A stretch of DNA of 47,655 nucleotides from an archaeon. GTDB taxonomy: Archaea; Undinarchaeota; Undinarchaeia; Undinarchaeales; JBDRKL01. Shown here in pieces: positions 19,641 through 28,160 of the stretch. Both the position numbers and the translations under genes were made by a program. The notes beneath the pieces are model-generated. The model made no database searches. It was not told the DNA's origin and saw only the letters and a list, made by a program, of their open reading frames with translations. Positions within the stretch are counted from its first letter, which is position 1. Each line of letters begins with the position of its first letter. Location: the NCBI GenBank assembly GCA_043814055.1, contig JBDRKL010000013.1:1-47655 (forward strand), read 5' to 3'.

Positions 19641-20803
19641 GTGAAAAAGTAGCAATAATAGGAATTGGAATGTCAAAGTTCGGCGAGCTCTGGGACCGCT
19701 CGCTCCGCTCGCTTGTAGTCGAGGCTGGAGTCGGTGCAATCACTGACGCGAGCATCAAGCCGGACCAGATAGAGGCAATCTTCGGCGGCAACATGAGCTC
19801 AGGCCAGTTCATCGGCCAGGAGCACATCGCGTCGCTCATCGCTGATCACATGGGCTTAACCCCAAAGCCGTCAATGCGCGTTGAATCAGCGTGCGCATCC
19901 GGCGGCCTCGCACTCCGCGCGGCATATATGTCAATTAGAGCAGGTATGCACGATATCGTCGTGGCCGGCGGGGTTGAGAAAATGACAGATGTTCTCGGTG
20001 GCCGCGCCACAGGCGCGCTCGGAACCGCGTCCGACCAGGAATGGGAGGTCTTCCAGGGCGCAACTTTCCCAGGGCTCTACGCCCTTGCAGCCCGCAGGCA
20101 CATGCACGAGTACGGAACCACTGAGGAACAGCTTGCTCAGGTCGCTGTGAAGAACCACCAGAACGGCGCGCTCAACGAGCACGCGCAATTCCCATTTGAA
20201 ATCACAGTTGACCAGGTAATGAAATCCTCAAAAGTCGCAACACCCCTAAAGCTCCTTGACTGCTCTCCAATCTCAGACGGCGCAGCCGCGGTAATTCTCG
20301 CAAGCGAGGAGAAAGCAAAAGAGATTTGCGACGACCCAATTTGGATACTCGGCTCAGGCCAGGCAACAGACACAATCTCGCTCCACTCCCGCGCTGACCT
20401 GTGCACGTTCAACGCCACAGTTCAGGCTGCAAAGCAGGCCTACGAGCAGTCCGGCCTGAAGCCAAAGGACATTGACATAGCAGAGGTGCACGACTGCTTC
20501 ACAATCGCTGAAATAATAGCAATAGAGGATCTCGGCTTCTGCAAGAAGGGCGAAGGCGGCAAGTTCACAGAGAAAGGAGAAACCGCTCGCAGCGGCTCAA
20601 AGCCAATCAACACTTCCGGCGGGCTCAAGTCAAAGGGACACCCGGTCGGAGCAACAGGAATTGCCCAGGCAATAGAAGCAGTAACCCAGCTCCGCGGCGA
20701 TGCTGGCAAGCGCCAGGTGAAAAACGTGAAGCATGCGATGACCCACAATGTCGGCGGCTCAGGCGGAAGCTGCGCAGTCCACATATTCGGGGGTGAGGCT
20801 TAA
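19637..20803 (+). CDS. acaB: Acetoacetyl-CoA thiolase (archaeal, DUF35-associated)
   Basis: [37 protein letters not shown]. Confidence 0.94.
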   Translation: MSEKVAIIGIGMSKFGELWDRSLRSLVVEAGVGAITDASIKPDQIEAIFGGNMSSGQFIGQEHIASLIADHMGLTPKPSMRVESACASGGLALRAAYMSIRAGMHDIVVAGGVEKMTDVLGGRATGALGTASDQEWEVFQGATFPGLYALAARRHMHEYGTTEEQLAQVAVKNHQNGALNEHAQFPFEITVDQVMKSSKVATPLKLLDCSPISDGAAAVILASEEKAKEICDDPIWILGSGQATDTISLHSRADLCTFNATVQAAKQAYEQSGLKPKDIDIAEVHDCFTIAEIIAIEDLGFCKKGEGGKFTEKGETARSGSKPINTSGGLKSKGHPVGATGIAQAIEAVTQLRGDAGKRQVKNVKHAMTHNVGGSGGSCAVHIFGGEA

Positions 20804-21192
20804 TGAACAAGCCGGCAACAAAAGCTCAACTAGAAAGAATTCAAAAACTTATAAGATTTTATCATGAGTTCCTAATGAAATTTTTTAATGTCTACTCTGC
20901 CATAGTTAAAATAGTTGAGCAAGATCCCTCTATTCCCTGGGTTCATTACGAGAACTTCACCTCCATTGCAGTAAAATTACAAGAAAAATATTCTATTATG
21001 AGAGATGTAGTCACTGCATTACCCGATTCTTTTAATCTTTCAGACTCTGCGACAATCACAGGCTTAACTGAAAAAGATGCAAACGAAATACTGAAAAAAC
21101 TTGAAGATGTCATGGCTTTTGTTAAGGCAACATTTCCCGAACTTAGGGATTCCATTAGATTGTTCAAACAAGATTGGGGGGACATCAAATGA
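20803..21192 (+). CDS. Hypothetical helical protein (AT-rich insert)
   Basis: 129-aa ORF with TAATG and ATGA overlaps with both neighbours; visibly lower GC than flanks. Confidence 0.7.
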   Translation: MNKPATKAQLERIQKLIRFYHEFLMKFFNVYSAIVKIVEQDPSIPWVHYENFTSIAVKLQEKYSIMRDVVTALPDSFNLSDSATITGLTEKDANEILKKLEDVMAFVKATFPELRDSIRLFKQDWGDIK

Positions 21193-21674
21193 GCGTCCCA
21201 AGATTCTGGCGTGAAATAGGCGCCCGCTACAACCTCATAGGAAACAAGTGCAACAAGTGCGGCCACGTGATGTTCCCGCCGCGCGAGGCATGCTCAAAGT
21301 GCAAGTCAATCCAGATAGAGCCCTTCCAGCTCAAGGGAGAGGGCGAAATAATCACGCACACGACAATCCATGTCCCGCAGGAGGGTTTTGAGCACCAAAT
21401 TCCCTATGAGCTCGCGATAATAGAGCTTGTGGACGGGCCGCGCATAACTGCGGAGATTGTTGACTCAAACCCGGCACATATTAAAATCGGCGCAAAGGTA
21501 AAGTCGTGCTTCCGCAGAATTGGCGAGGACGGCGCAGCAGGAATGATTTACTACGGCTACAAGTTCAAGCTCATAAAATCAGACACCCCCTCTCAAAGTG
21601 GTTTGGCGTGTTACTCAACATCGGCAGAAGCTGATAAAAAAGCCAGGAGGTCTCGGCACCCTTCTAATGAATAA
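21189..21674 (+). CDS. DUF35 Zn-ribbon/OB-fold protein (thiolase-HMGS scaffold), with C-terminal extension
   Basis: MSVPRFWR, CNKC..FPPR..CSKC, FRRI..G.IYYGYKF. Confidence 0.92.
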   Translation: MSVPRFWREIGARYNLIGNKCNKCGHVMFPPREACSKCKSIQIEPFQLKGEGEIITHTTIHVPQEGFEHQIPYELAIIELVDGPRITAEIVDSNPAHIKIGAKVKSCFRRIGEDGAAGMIYYGYKFKLIKSDTPSQSGLACYSTSAEADKKARRSRHPSNE

Positions 21675-21695
21675 TTATGAAGGTTGCCGATGTTG

Positions 21696-22952
21696 ATGAC
21701 AAAATCCTCAGAACTTTCCGGATTCTACAAGCTAACCCTAGATGAGCGCCTTAGCGCTGTCAAGGATTTCGCAGACTTGACTGACGAGGAAGTATCTCTC
21801 CTAAAAAAAGAATCCGCGCTCCCGCTTGACCAGGCTGATAGAATGGTTGAAAACGCAATCGGAACCCACGCGCTCCCTCTCGGCGTTGCAGTTAATTTTC
21901 TCATAAACAACAAGGATTACATTATTCCAATGGCGATTGAAGAGCCCTCTGTAATAGCTGCGGCGTCTAACACGGCAAAACTCGTCCGCGCCACTGGCGG
22001 ATTCAGGACATCCTCCACAGACCCGATAATGATTGGCCAGATATACTTTATGGATATTGAAAATCCCGCGGCTGCGAAAGAGAAAATACTCTCAAAAAAG
22101 CAGGAGTTTCTTGAAATAATGAACTCCCGCGACCCGCTCCTCATCAAGTACGGCGGCGGCGCCCGTGACATAGAAGTTGACATAATTGAAACCTCAAAAG
22201 GCCCGTCCCTGCGCGTCCACATCCTAGTGGACTGCCGCGACGCAATGGGGGCGAACGCAATAAACACAATGGTTGAGGCTCTTTCTCCTGAACTCCAGAC
22301 GCTCGTCGGTGGAGACCCAATCCTCAGAATAATCTCAAACCTCGCAGACCGCCGCCTTGCTCGCGCCGAGGTAACCTTTCCAAAAGATGCTCTCGGCGGC
22401 GCCGAGGTGGTTGAAAAAATCCTCAGGGCATATGCAATCGCAGACGCAGACCCTTACCGAGCCTGCACGCACAACAAGGGAGTAATGAACGGTATCTCCG
22501 CAGTAATTGTCGCGACAGGAAATGACTGGCGCGCAGTTGAGGCAGGCGCCCACGCCTACGCATCGCGCTCAGGCCAGTACAAGCCGCTCACAAAATACGA
22601 AATAAACAATGACGGCGACCTTGTTGGCTCAATTGAGCTCCCAATGGCAGTGGGTCTTGTCGGTGGCGCAACAAAAGTCCACCCAACCGCCCAGGTTGCG
22701 GTAAAAATCCTCGGAGTAAAATCCGCAAACGAGCTCGGCGAGGTAATAGCCACGGTCGGCTTGGCTCAAAACTTCGCGGCAATCCGCGCAATAGCAACCG
22801 AGGGAATTCAAAAGGGGCACATGCGTCTCCACGCGCGCAACATAGCTGCTTCAGCAGGAGCGAAAGGCGCAAAGATTGATGAAATCGCAGAGCAGCTGAT
22901 TTCTGAAAACAAGATAAGCATGACTCGCGCCAAAGAGCTCCTCTCCAATTAA
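21696..22952 (+). CDS. mvaA: HMG-CoA reductase, class II
   Basis: SGFYKL, ENAIG, EEPSVIAA, DAMGANAINT, HNKGVMNG, GIQKGHMRLH. Confidence 0.95.
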   Translation: MTKSSELSGFYKLTLDERLSAVKDFADLTDEEVSLLKKESALPLDQADRMVENAIGTHALPLGVAVNFLINNKDYIIPMAIEEPSVIAAASNTAKLVRATGGFRTSSTDPIMIGQIYFMDIENPAAAKEKILSKKQEFLEIMNSRDPLLIKYGGGARDIEVDIIETSKGPSLRVHILVDCRDAMGANAINTMVEALSPELQTLVGGDPILRIISNLADRRLARAEVTFPKDALGGAEVVEKILRAYAIADADPYRACTHNKGVMNGISAVIVATGNDWRAVEAGAHAYASRSGQYKPLTKYEINNDGDLVGSIELPMAVGLVGGATKVHPTAQVAVKILGVKSANELGEVIATVGLAQNFAAIRAIATEGIQKGHMRLHARNIAASAGAKGAKIDEIAEQLISENKISMTRAKELLSN

Positions 22953-22957
22953 TTCTA

Positions 22958-23854
22958 ATGAAAAAAATAATTGCCTGCGTCCCGAACTTCAGCGAGGGCC
23001 GCGACATTGAAAAAATTGATTCAATCGCGTCCGCAGTGTCAAACATTCCTGGCGTTGAACTTCTTGACAGGCACGTTGACCCTGACCACAACCGAGCAGT
23101 CCTAACCTTCGCCGGGGAAATCGCACAGGTCTCAGAGGCAGCGTTCCAAGCGGTGAAAAAAGCCACTGAGATCATGACTCTTGAAAATCACTCAGGTGAG
23201 CACCCGCGAATCGGCGTCGCTGACGTGGTTCCTTTTGTCCCGGTTTTAAATTCCACGCTTGAGGAATGCGCCGAGGCCGCGCGCGAAGTCGGGAAAAGAA
23301 TTGGAAACGAGCTGAATCTTCCTGTCTATCTCTACGGCAGCGTTGCGGCGAACCCATCCCGTGAAAATCTTGCCAACATCAGAAAAGGCCAGTATGAGTC
23401 AATCCGCGCAGAGATAGAGCATAATCCTGAGAGAAAACCAGATTTCGGGCCCAGCAAAATCAGCTCTGCAGGCGCCGTAGCAGTTGGCACAAGAAGGCCG
23501 CTCATCGCCTTCAACATAAACCTGGATACAAGCGATGTTTCAATTGCGAAAAAAATTGCTGAAAAAATACGCGAATCTTCAGGCGGTCTAAAATCAGTCA
23601 GGGCGCTTGGGCTTTTCCTAAAAAGCAAGGGCATTGCTCAGGTTTCAATGAACCTGACAAACTTCAGGGAAACAGGCATAACCCAAGTTTTTGAGGCGGT
23701 GGAATCAGAAGCAGATGCCCTTGGCGTTTCAGTGAAAAATTCAGAACTCATCGGGCTTGCGCCCCGTGCAGCATTTGAAGGCATAGATACAGAGCGCATA
23801 AAACTTGAGAATTTCACCGATGCGCAAATTCTTGAGAAGCGCCTCGGTCTCTGA
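22958..23854 (+). CDS. ftcD: Glutamate formiminotransferase (stand-alone FT domain)
   Basis: CVPNFSEGR, DHNRAV, HSGEHPRIG..DVVPFVP, AQVSMNL. Confidence 0.92.
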   Translation: MKKIIACVPNFSEGRDIEKIDSIASAVSNIPGVELLDRHVDPDHNRAVLTFAGEIAQVSEAAFQAVKKATEIMTLENHSGEHPRIGVADVVPFVPVLNSTLEECAEAAREVGKRIGNELNLPVYLYGSVAANPSRENLANIRKGQYESIRAEIEHNPERKPDFGPSKISSAGAVAVGTRRPLIAFNINLDTSDVSIAKKIAEKIRESSGGLKSVRALGLFLKSKGIAQVSMNLTNFRETGITQVFEAVESEADALGVSVKNSELIGLAPRAAFEGIDTERIKLENFTDAQILEKRLGL

Positions 23855-23890
23855 GCATATTTTAAATACTAGACACCACACTTGTTATTT

Positions 23891-24304
23891 ATGGCAGCAC
23901 CAATGAGTGAAATGTTCAATTTCCTCTACATGACCAAGGTTCCGGCATCATTCAGCCTGCCTATTACAATTCTGCTTGTTTACGCTGTCCACTTACTCGT
24001 AGCTTCCTCAATACTCTATTACGCAGTGCGCCTTAGCGGCGCCCAGCTAACCCCTGGCACTGGATTCTCAAAAGCCCTCACCGCAACTTTTGTCCGTGAC
24101 ATTCTCTTCATACCATTGGTTCTAATGGGTTTCCTAATACCTTTCTTCGGCCTGTTCATAGCACTAGTAATCTGGATGGGCATTGTAAAATTGGTGTTCA
24201 ACATAAGCTGGGCGCGCACAGTACTCGCATTCCTAATCAGCATAATCCTGCCGCTTGTTATCCTGCTGTTTATACTATTGCCACTGTTCGCGCTTCTGCT
24301 CTAG
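23891..24304 (+). CDS. Hypothetical multi-pass membrane protein
   Basis: About four hydrophobic helices; TATA-like ttttaaat upstream. Confidence 0.7.
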   Translation: MAAPMSEMFNFLYMTKVPASFSLPITILLVYAVHLLVASSILYYAVRLSGAQLTPGTGFSKALTATFVRDILFIPLVLMGFLIPFFGLFIALVIWMGIVKLVFNISWARTVLAFLISIILPLVILLFILLPLFALLL

Positions 24305-24762
24305 AGCTGTTCCTCTATCAGGTCCTTCTCCATAATCCGCTCGCAGAACTTGCATCTCAGCCTTATCGGGTCCTTGCTCTCAACAGTGAACAGCGGAACA
24401 ATCGGCTCGCCCTGGTTCGTTACGCAGTTTGGGTTCGCGCACTTTATTGAGTCCTCAATCTCGTCCGGGACTTCAACTTTTTTCTTCTCCGCGACAGTGT
24501 AGTCCTTTATGATGTTTATAGTGGCTTTTGGGGCAATCAGCGCGAGCCGGTTGATTTCCTTTGGCCTAAGTATCTTGTCCTCAATCTTTACAATGTCCTT
24601 TGTCCCTGACTTTCCCTTGACATTCATCGCCACCGCAACAGTGTATTCGCAGTTCTTGTGTATTCCAAGCGCCTTTGCAACGCTCGTACTGCTCCCCGCA
24701 GGCAGGTGGTCAATAACTGTCCCGTTCTTAATCTTCTTAATCGTTAGTTCTTTTTCGCTCAT
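24301..24762 (-). CDS. pyrI: Aspartate carbamoyltransferase regulatory chain
   Basis: IKNGTVIDHL, KDIVKIE, CANPNCVT..RCKFCE. Confidence 0.96.
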   Translation of the reverse strand: MSEKELTIKKIKNGTVIDHLPAGSSTSVAKALGIHKNCEYTVAVAMNVKGKSGTKDIVKIEDKILRPKEINRLALIAPKATINIIKDYTVAEKKKVEVPDEIEDSIKCANPNCVTNQGEPIVPLFTVESKDPIRLRCKFCERIMEKDLIEEQL

Positions 24763-24763
24763 T

Positions 24764-24838
24764 TCAAAGTCTCACCTCCTTCTCCAGCTTTGAAATGCAC
24801 ACGAAGCGAACCAAATTCATAGAGCTTTGTGTCGTCAT
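24764..24838 (-). other. 76-bp twin-hairpin module containing a 24-codon leader ORF (MTTQSSMNLVRFVCISKLEKEVRL) between pyrB and pyrI
   Basis: ATG overlaps the pyrB stop (ATGA) with SD ggaggt; ends TGA-A-ATG of pyrI; stem CATTTCAAAG/CTTTGAAATG. Confidence 0.65.
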
Positions 24839-25767
24839 TTTACCTCCACCCCCAGAACGCCTGCAAGCAGCGCCATCCTGACCGGAACTCCGTAGTATGC
24901 CTGCTGGAAATACCTTGCGAATTTCGTGTTGTCCACCTCGGAGTCAATTTCATAAACCCGCGGCAGAGGGTGCATCACAATCATGCCCTCCTTTGCCTTC
25001 TCCAGAAGTTCAATGTCAACCTTGTGTTCACTCTTAACTCGCTCATATTCCTCCGGCGCCGGGAACCTCTCTTTCTGAATTCTCGTGACATACAGCACAT
25101 CAACATCCCCTACAACATCGCTCAAACTTTCTTTCTCCTCAATTTCAACCTCAAACTTATGCTTCAGCGAAATCGTGAAGTCCCGTGGCATCTTCAATTC
25201 TTTGGGTGAGGCAAAAACCATGTCCGCCCCGAGCATGGCGAGCGCGGCGGACAGTGAGTGGGCAGTTCTTCCATACTTCAAGTCTCCTGTTATCGCAACT
25301 TTTAATCCCTTGATTTTGCCCTTCTCCCGTATCATTGTGTAAAGGTCAAGAAGCGTTTGCGTCGGGTGTGCGTGCGGCCCGTCTCCGCCGTTAAGTATCG
25401 GAACCTTTGAAACATCAGCCGCGTGCTTTGCCGACCCCTCAACAGGATGCCGCATCGCTATAACGTCGCAATACTGCTCAACAGTCCTTATCGTGTCTGC
25501 AAGATTCTCCCCCTTCTTCACAGAAGTTCCTGCAGTGTCAGAGAACCCAATCACAGAGCCTCCGAGCCTTAGCATAGCGCTCTCAAAGCTCAGCCTCGTC
25601 CTGGTGCTCGGCTCAAAAAACAGCGTTGCAAGAATCTTCCCCTTCAAAAGGTCTGATTTCCCGCTCTCAATAACTTTCTCGCACCTCTCGGCCTGTTTCA
25701 GGATATAGTCAATATCTTCCTTGGTCAGGTCTGTAAGCGTGAGTATGTCTTTGCCTTTAATGCTCAT
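24835..25767 (-). CDS. pyrB: Aspartate carbamoyltransferase catalytic chain
   Basis: FFEPSTRTRLSF, HPTQTLLD, GDLKYGRT, MHPLPR; start at ATG 25767 after SD gggaggt. Confidence 0.97.
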   Translation of the reverse strand: MSIKGKDILTLTDLTKEDIDYILKQAERCEKVIESGKSDLLKGKILATLFFEPSTRTRLSFESAMLRLGGSVIGFSDTAGTSVKKGENLADTIRTVEQYCDVIAMRHPVEGSAKHAADVSKVPILNGGDGPHAHPTQTLLDLYTMIREKGKIKGLKVAITGDLKYGRTAHSLSAALAMLGADMVFASPKELKMPRDFTISLKHKFEVEIEEKESLSDVVGDVDVLYVTRIQKERFPAPEEYERVKSEHKVDIELLEKAKEGMIVMHPLPRVYEIDSEVDNTKFARYFQQAYYGVPVRMALLAGVLGVEVK

Positions 25768-25887
25768 TCTAAACCTCCCTATAATTAGAAAGTTAATTTG
25801 ACTCAAGGCACTTAAAAAGGTTGCGGTGCCCCAATGAGAAACAATATATATTATGGGAAACACAGAATAATTATCTGATTATTTTTT

Positions 25888-26066
25888 CTAAAGTTTCCTT
25901 GCGAAAGTCAAAAATTCCACACAGACTTTGCTCTTTATGACTGTGTGTCTTCCTAACTTTTCTATACTTTTCGTGCAAAAGTTAAGAATTCCACACAGAC
26001 TTTGCAATTTGTGACTGCGGGTCTTTTTGACCTTTCTTACAATTTCCTTGCGAAGGTCAAAAATCC
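25888..26066 (-). repeat. Tandem 74-75-bp modules reiterating the trmI 3' end
   Basis: FLTFARKL*, FLTFARKV*, FLTFARKL* with stops at 26037, 25962, 25888; shared gcaaagtctgtgtggaatt. Confidence 0.85.
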
Positions 26067-26768
26067 AGTATGCCCAACAGGTATTGTAACAGGCCTTGAC
26101 CTGTCCTCTCCAATTTCCCAGTCCCTAATTATGCACTCTAGGGTCTCAACATCCCCAAAACCAATCAGGCCTTTCTTGAACTTGACCGCCTGCTCCACAG
26201 TCGGGCAGTAGCCAACAACGAAACCGCCGGGCTTCAGCGCCTTGTGCGCCTCCGGGAGCGCCTTCGCCGGCTCGCTCATATCCAGCATCACAACATCCAC
26301 ATCCTTCTCAGCAATCCCCTTTGTAATATCCTTGTTTTTAATATGGACGTTTTTGCACCCGCACTTCTCAATGTTCGCCTTCGCGACCTTGTAGAAATCC
26401 TCCCTCAGCTCGTAAGTGTAAAGCTCCTTGACCATCCCAGCCACTGCGATTGTGAACCCTGCGCTCCCTGTCCCTGCCTCAACAAGCACATCATCCTTTG
26501 TCAGCCCAACCTTCGCAGCAATAATCCCCACATCCTTCCACATCACAATCTGCGGCAGGCGCTTGATTTTTTTGAGCAAATCAGGAACCCGCGGCTCAAC
26601 CACGTTGAACTTCTCGCCCTTGTGCGTTGTGACTTTAATCCCAAACTTCTTCTTCGCCAGGAATCCAAGGTCAATAGTCCCATACTCTGTGCTGAACTTT
26701 GTATCATCCACAGTAACCAGGTAATTTTTCTTTCCAATGAGCAAAACCCTGTCCCCTTTTTTAATCAT
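26037..26768 (-). CDS. trmI: tRNA (adenine-N1)-methyltransferase TrmI/GCD14
   Basis: RLPQIV..KD, EAGTGSA, YELREDF, LDM..P, RP...VGHTGFLTFARK. Confidence 0.92.
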   Translation of the reverse strand: MIKKGDRVLLIGKKNYLVTVDDTKFSTEYGTIDLGFLAKKKFGIKVTTHKGEKFNVVEPRVPDLLKKIKRLPQIVMWKDVGIIAAKVGLTKDDVLVEAGTGSAGFTIAVAGMVKELYTYELREDFYKVAKANIEKCGCKNVHIKNKDITKGIAEKDVDVVMLDMSEPAKALPEAHKALKPGGFVVGYCPTVEQAVKFKKGLIGFGDVETLECIIRDWEIGEDRSRPVTIPVGHTGFLTFARKL

Positions 26769-26807
26769 ATTATTTAGATAGTGCAACGGGCATTATAATC
26801 CTTGCCC

Positions 26808-27233
26808 TCATCCCTGCCGCTTGAAAACGTACTCGCACATAGAGCATCTCACCTTTTCCTTCGGTCTCCCCCTCTTCTCTATTCTAATTTGAAAATGGCA
26901 GCGCGGGCAAAACACAATTAATAATCCTTCCCGCTCGCTCTGAACCGGCTTGGACCCTTCCTGCACTATGAATTCGGGCTCCCCTCTTTTGCGCGCCTCC
27001 TCCTCCTCGCGCTTTTCCTGTTCACGAACTGCCTTCTGATCCTTCTTTGAGCCATATTCTCTCCTCAAGTCCGGTCTCCTGCTATCCTCTCCTGCCCTCT
27101 TTATCAATTCGCCTGTCTCTGAGTCATAAACATTGTGACAACTCGGGCATCCAAGCCTCCCAAGAATATTAGGCCCCCTAAGTTTGCCTCCGCATTCCCT
27201 GCAGTGAGTTATTGCTGGTTTTTTCTTTCCCAT
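26808..27233 (-). CDS. Hypothetical protein with two Zn-ribbons and a charged linker
   Basis: CREC..CPSC and CPRC..CSMC pairs. Confidence 0.7.
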   Translation of the reverse strand: MGKKKPAITHCRECGGKLRGPNILGRLGCPSCHNVYDSETGELIKRAGEDSRRPDLRREYGSKKDQKAVREQEKREEEEARKRGEPEFIVQEGSKPVQSEREGLLIVFCPRCHFQIRIEKRGRPKEKVRCSMCEYVFKRQG

Positions 27234-27272
27234 CCTAAACTATATTAATCCCCTCCCCTTTTATTTGTAACT

Positions 27273-28160
27273 ATGTCTATTTTAGAGTTCAAGATTACAG
27301 AGAAGAGCCTCAACAAGTCGCTCGCAATTCCTATCGCGCTTCTCTTAATCGCGATTATCGGCATGGGCTTTACCTACGCGACAGAGGGCGAACTGCTCAA
27401 GAAGGGAATTGACCTTGAGGGTGGGATGCAAATAACAATACATCACTCCACCCCTGTTGACACTGCCGAGCTTGAGGCTGGTCTTCGCGCCGCGCTTGGA
27501 GTAACCGACGTTTCCGCAGTCACAACTACAGACCCTGCAACGCGCGTCCAGGAAACAATCGTAATCTCAATCAGCGGAGAGACCAATACAGAATCCGCGA
27601 TTTCTGCTATTGAAAATCAACTAAACATTCAACTCTCTCCAAATTCCTATTCAATAATGGTCCTTGGTCCGTCACTCGCTCGCTCTTTCTGGGCTCAGGC
27701 TCAGTGGGCTCTCAGCTTTGCGTTCCTCTTCATGGCAATTGTCATCGGCCTCTACTACCGCAAATTGGTTCCAGCGCTTGCAATAATCATCGCAACAATC
27801 TACGACCTCATCATAATAGTCGGCTTCATGTCCTTTTTCCACATACCTTTAACCCTCGCAACAGTCGCCGCACTCTTGATGATAATCGGGTATGGGGTTG
27901 ACACAAACGTGCTCCTCACGAACAAGGTCATAAAGGAGAAAGCGGGCTCGCTCTACGAGCGCCTCAACGCCGGCTTCCGCACAGGCCTTATGATGAGCGC
28001 AACCACGATTTCAGTGCTGCTCGCGCTCCTCATAGTCGGCGGCGCGTACTCGCTGGTTCTGCGCCAGATGGCAATCATCCTGCTCATCGGCCTCATCGCG
28101 GACATTCCAAACACATGGATTCTCAACGCGAAAATACTAACATGGCATCAAAAACAATAA
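27273..28160 (+). CDS. secF: Protein translocase subunit SecF
   Basis: GIDLEGG, LGPSL, AALLMIIGYGVDTNVLL, six TM helices. Confidence 0.93.
   Translation: MSILEFKITEKSLNKSLAIPIALLLIAIIGMGFTYATEGELLKKGIDLEGGMQITIHHSTPVDTAELEAGLRAALGVTDVSAVTTTDPATRVQETIVISISGETNTESAISAIENQLNIQLSPNSYSIMVLGPSLARSFWAQAQWALSFAFLFMAIVIGLYYRKLVPALAIIIATIYDLIIIVGFMSFFHIPLTLATVAALLMIIGYGVDTNVLLTNKVIKEKAGSLYERLNAGFRTGLMMSATTISVLLALLIVGGAYSLVLRQMAIILLIGLIADIPNTWILNAKILTWHQKQ

Noticed and set aside
25768-25863. 32-aa N-terminal extension of PyrB as a leader peptide
   Set aside because: GTG start in AT-rich promoter sequence; a clear SD precedes ATG 25767
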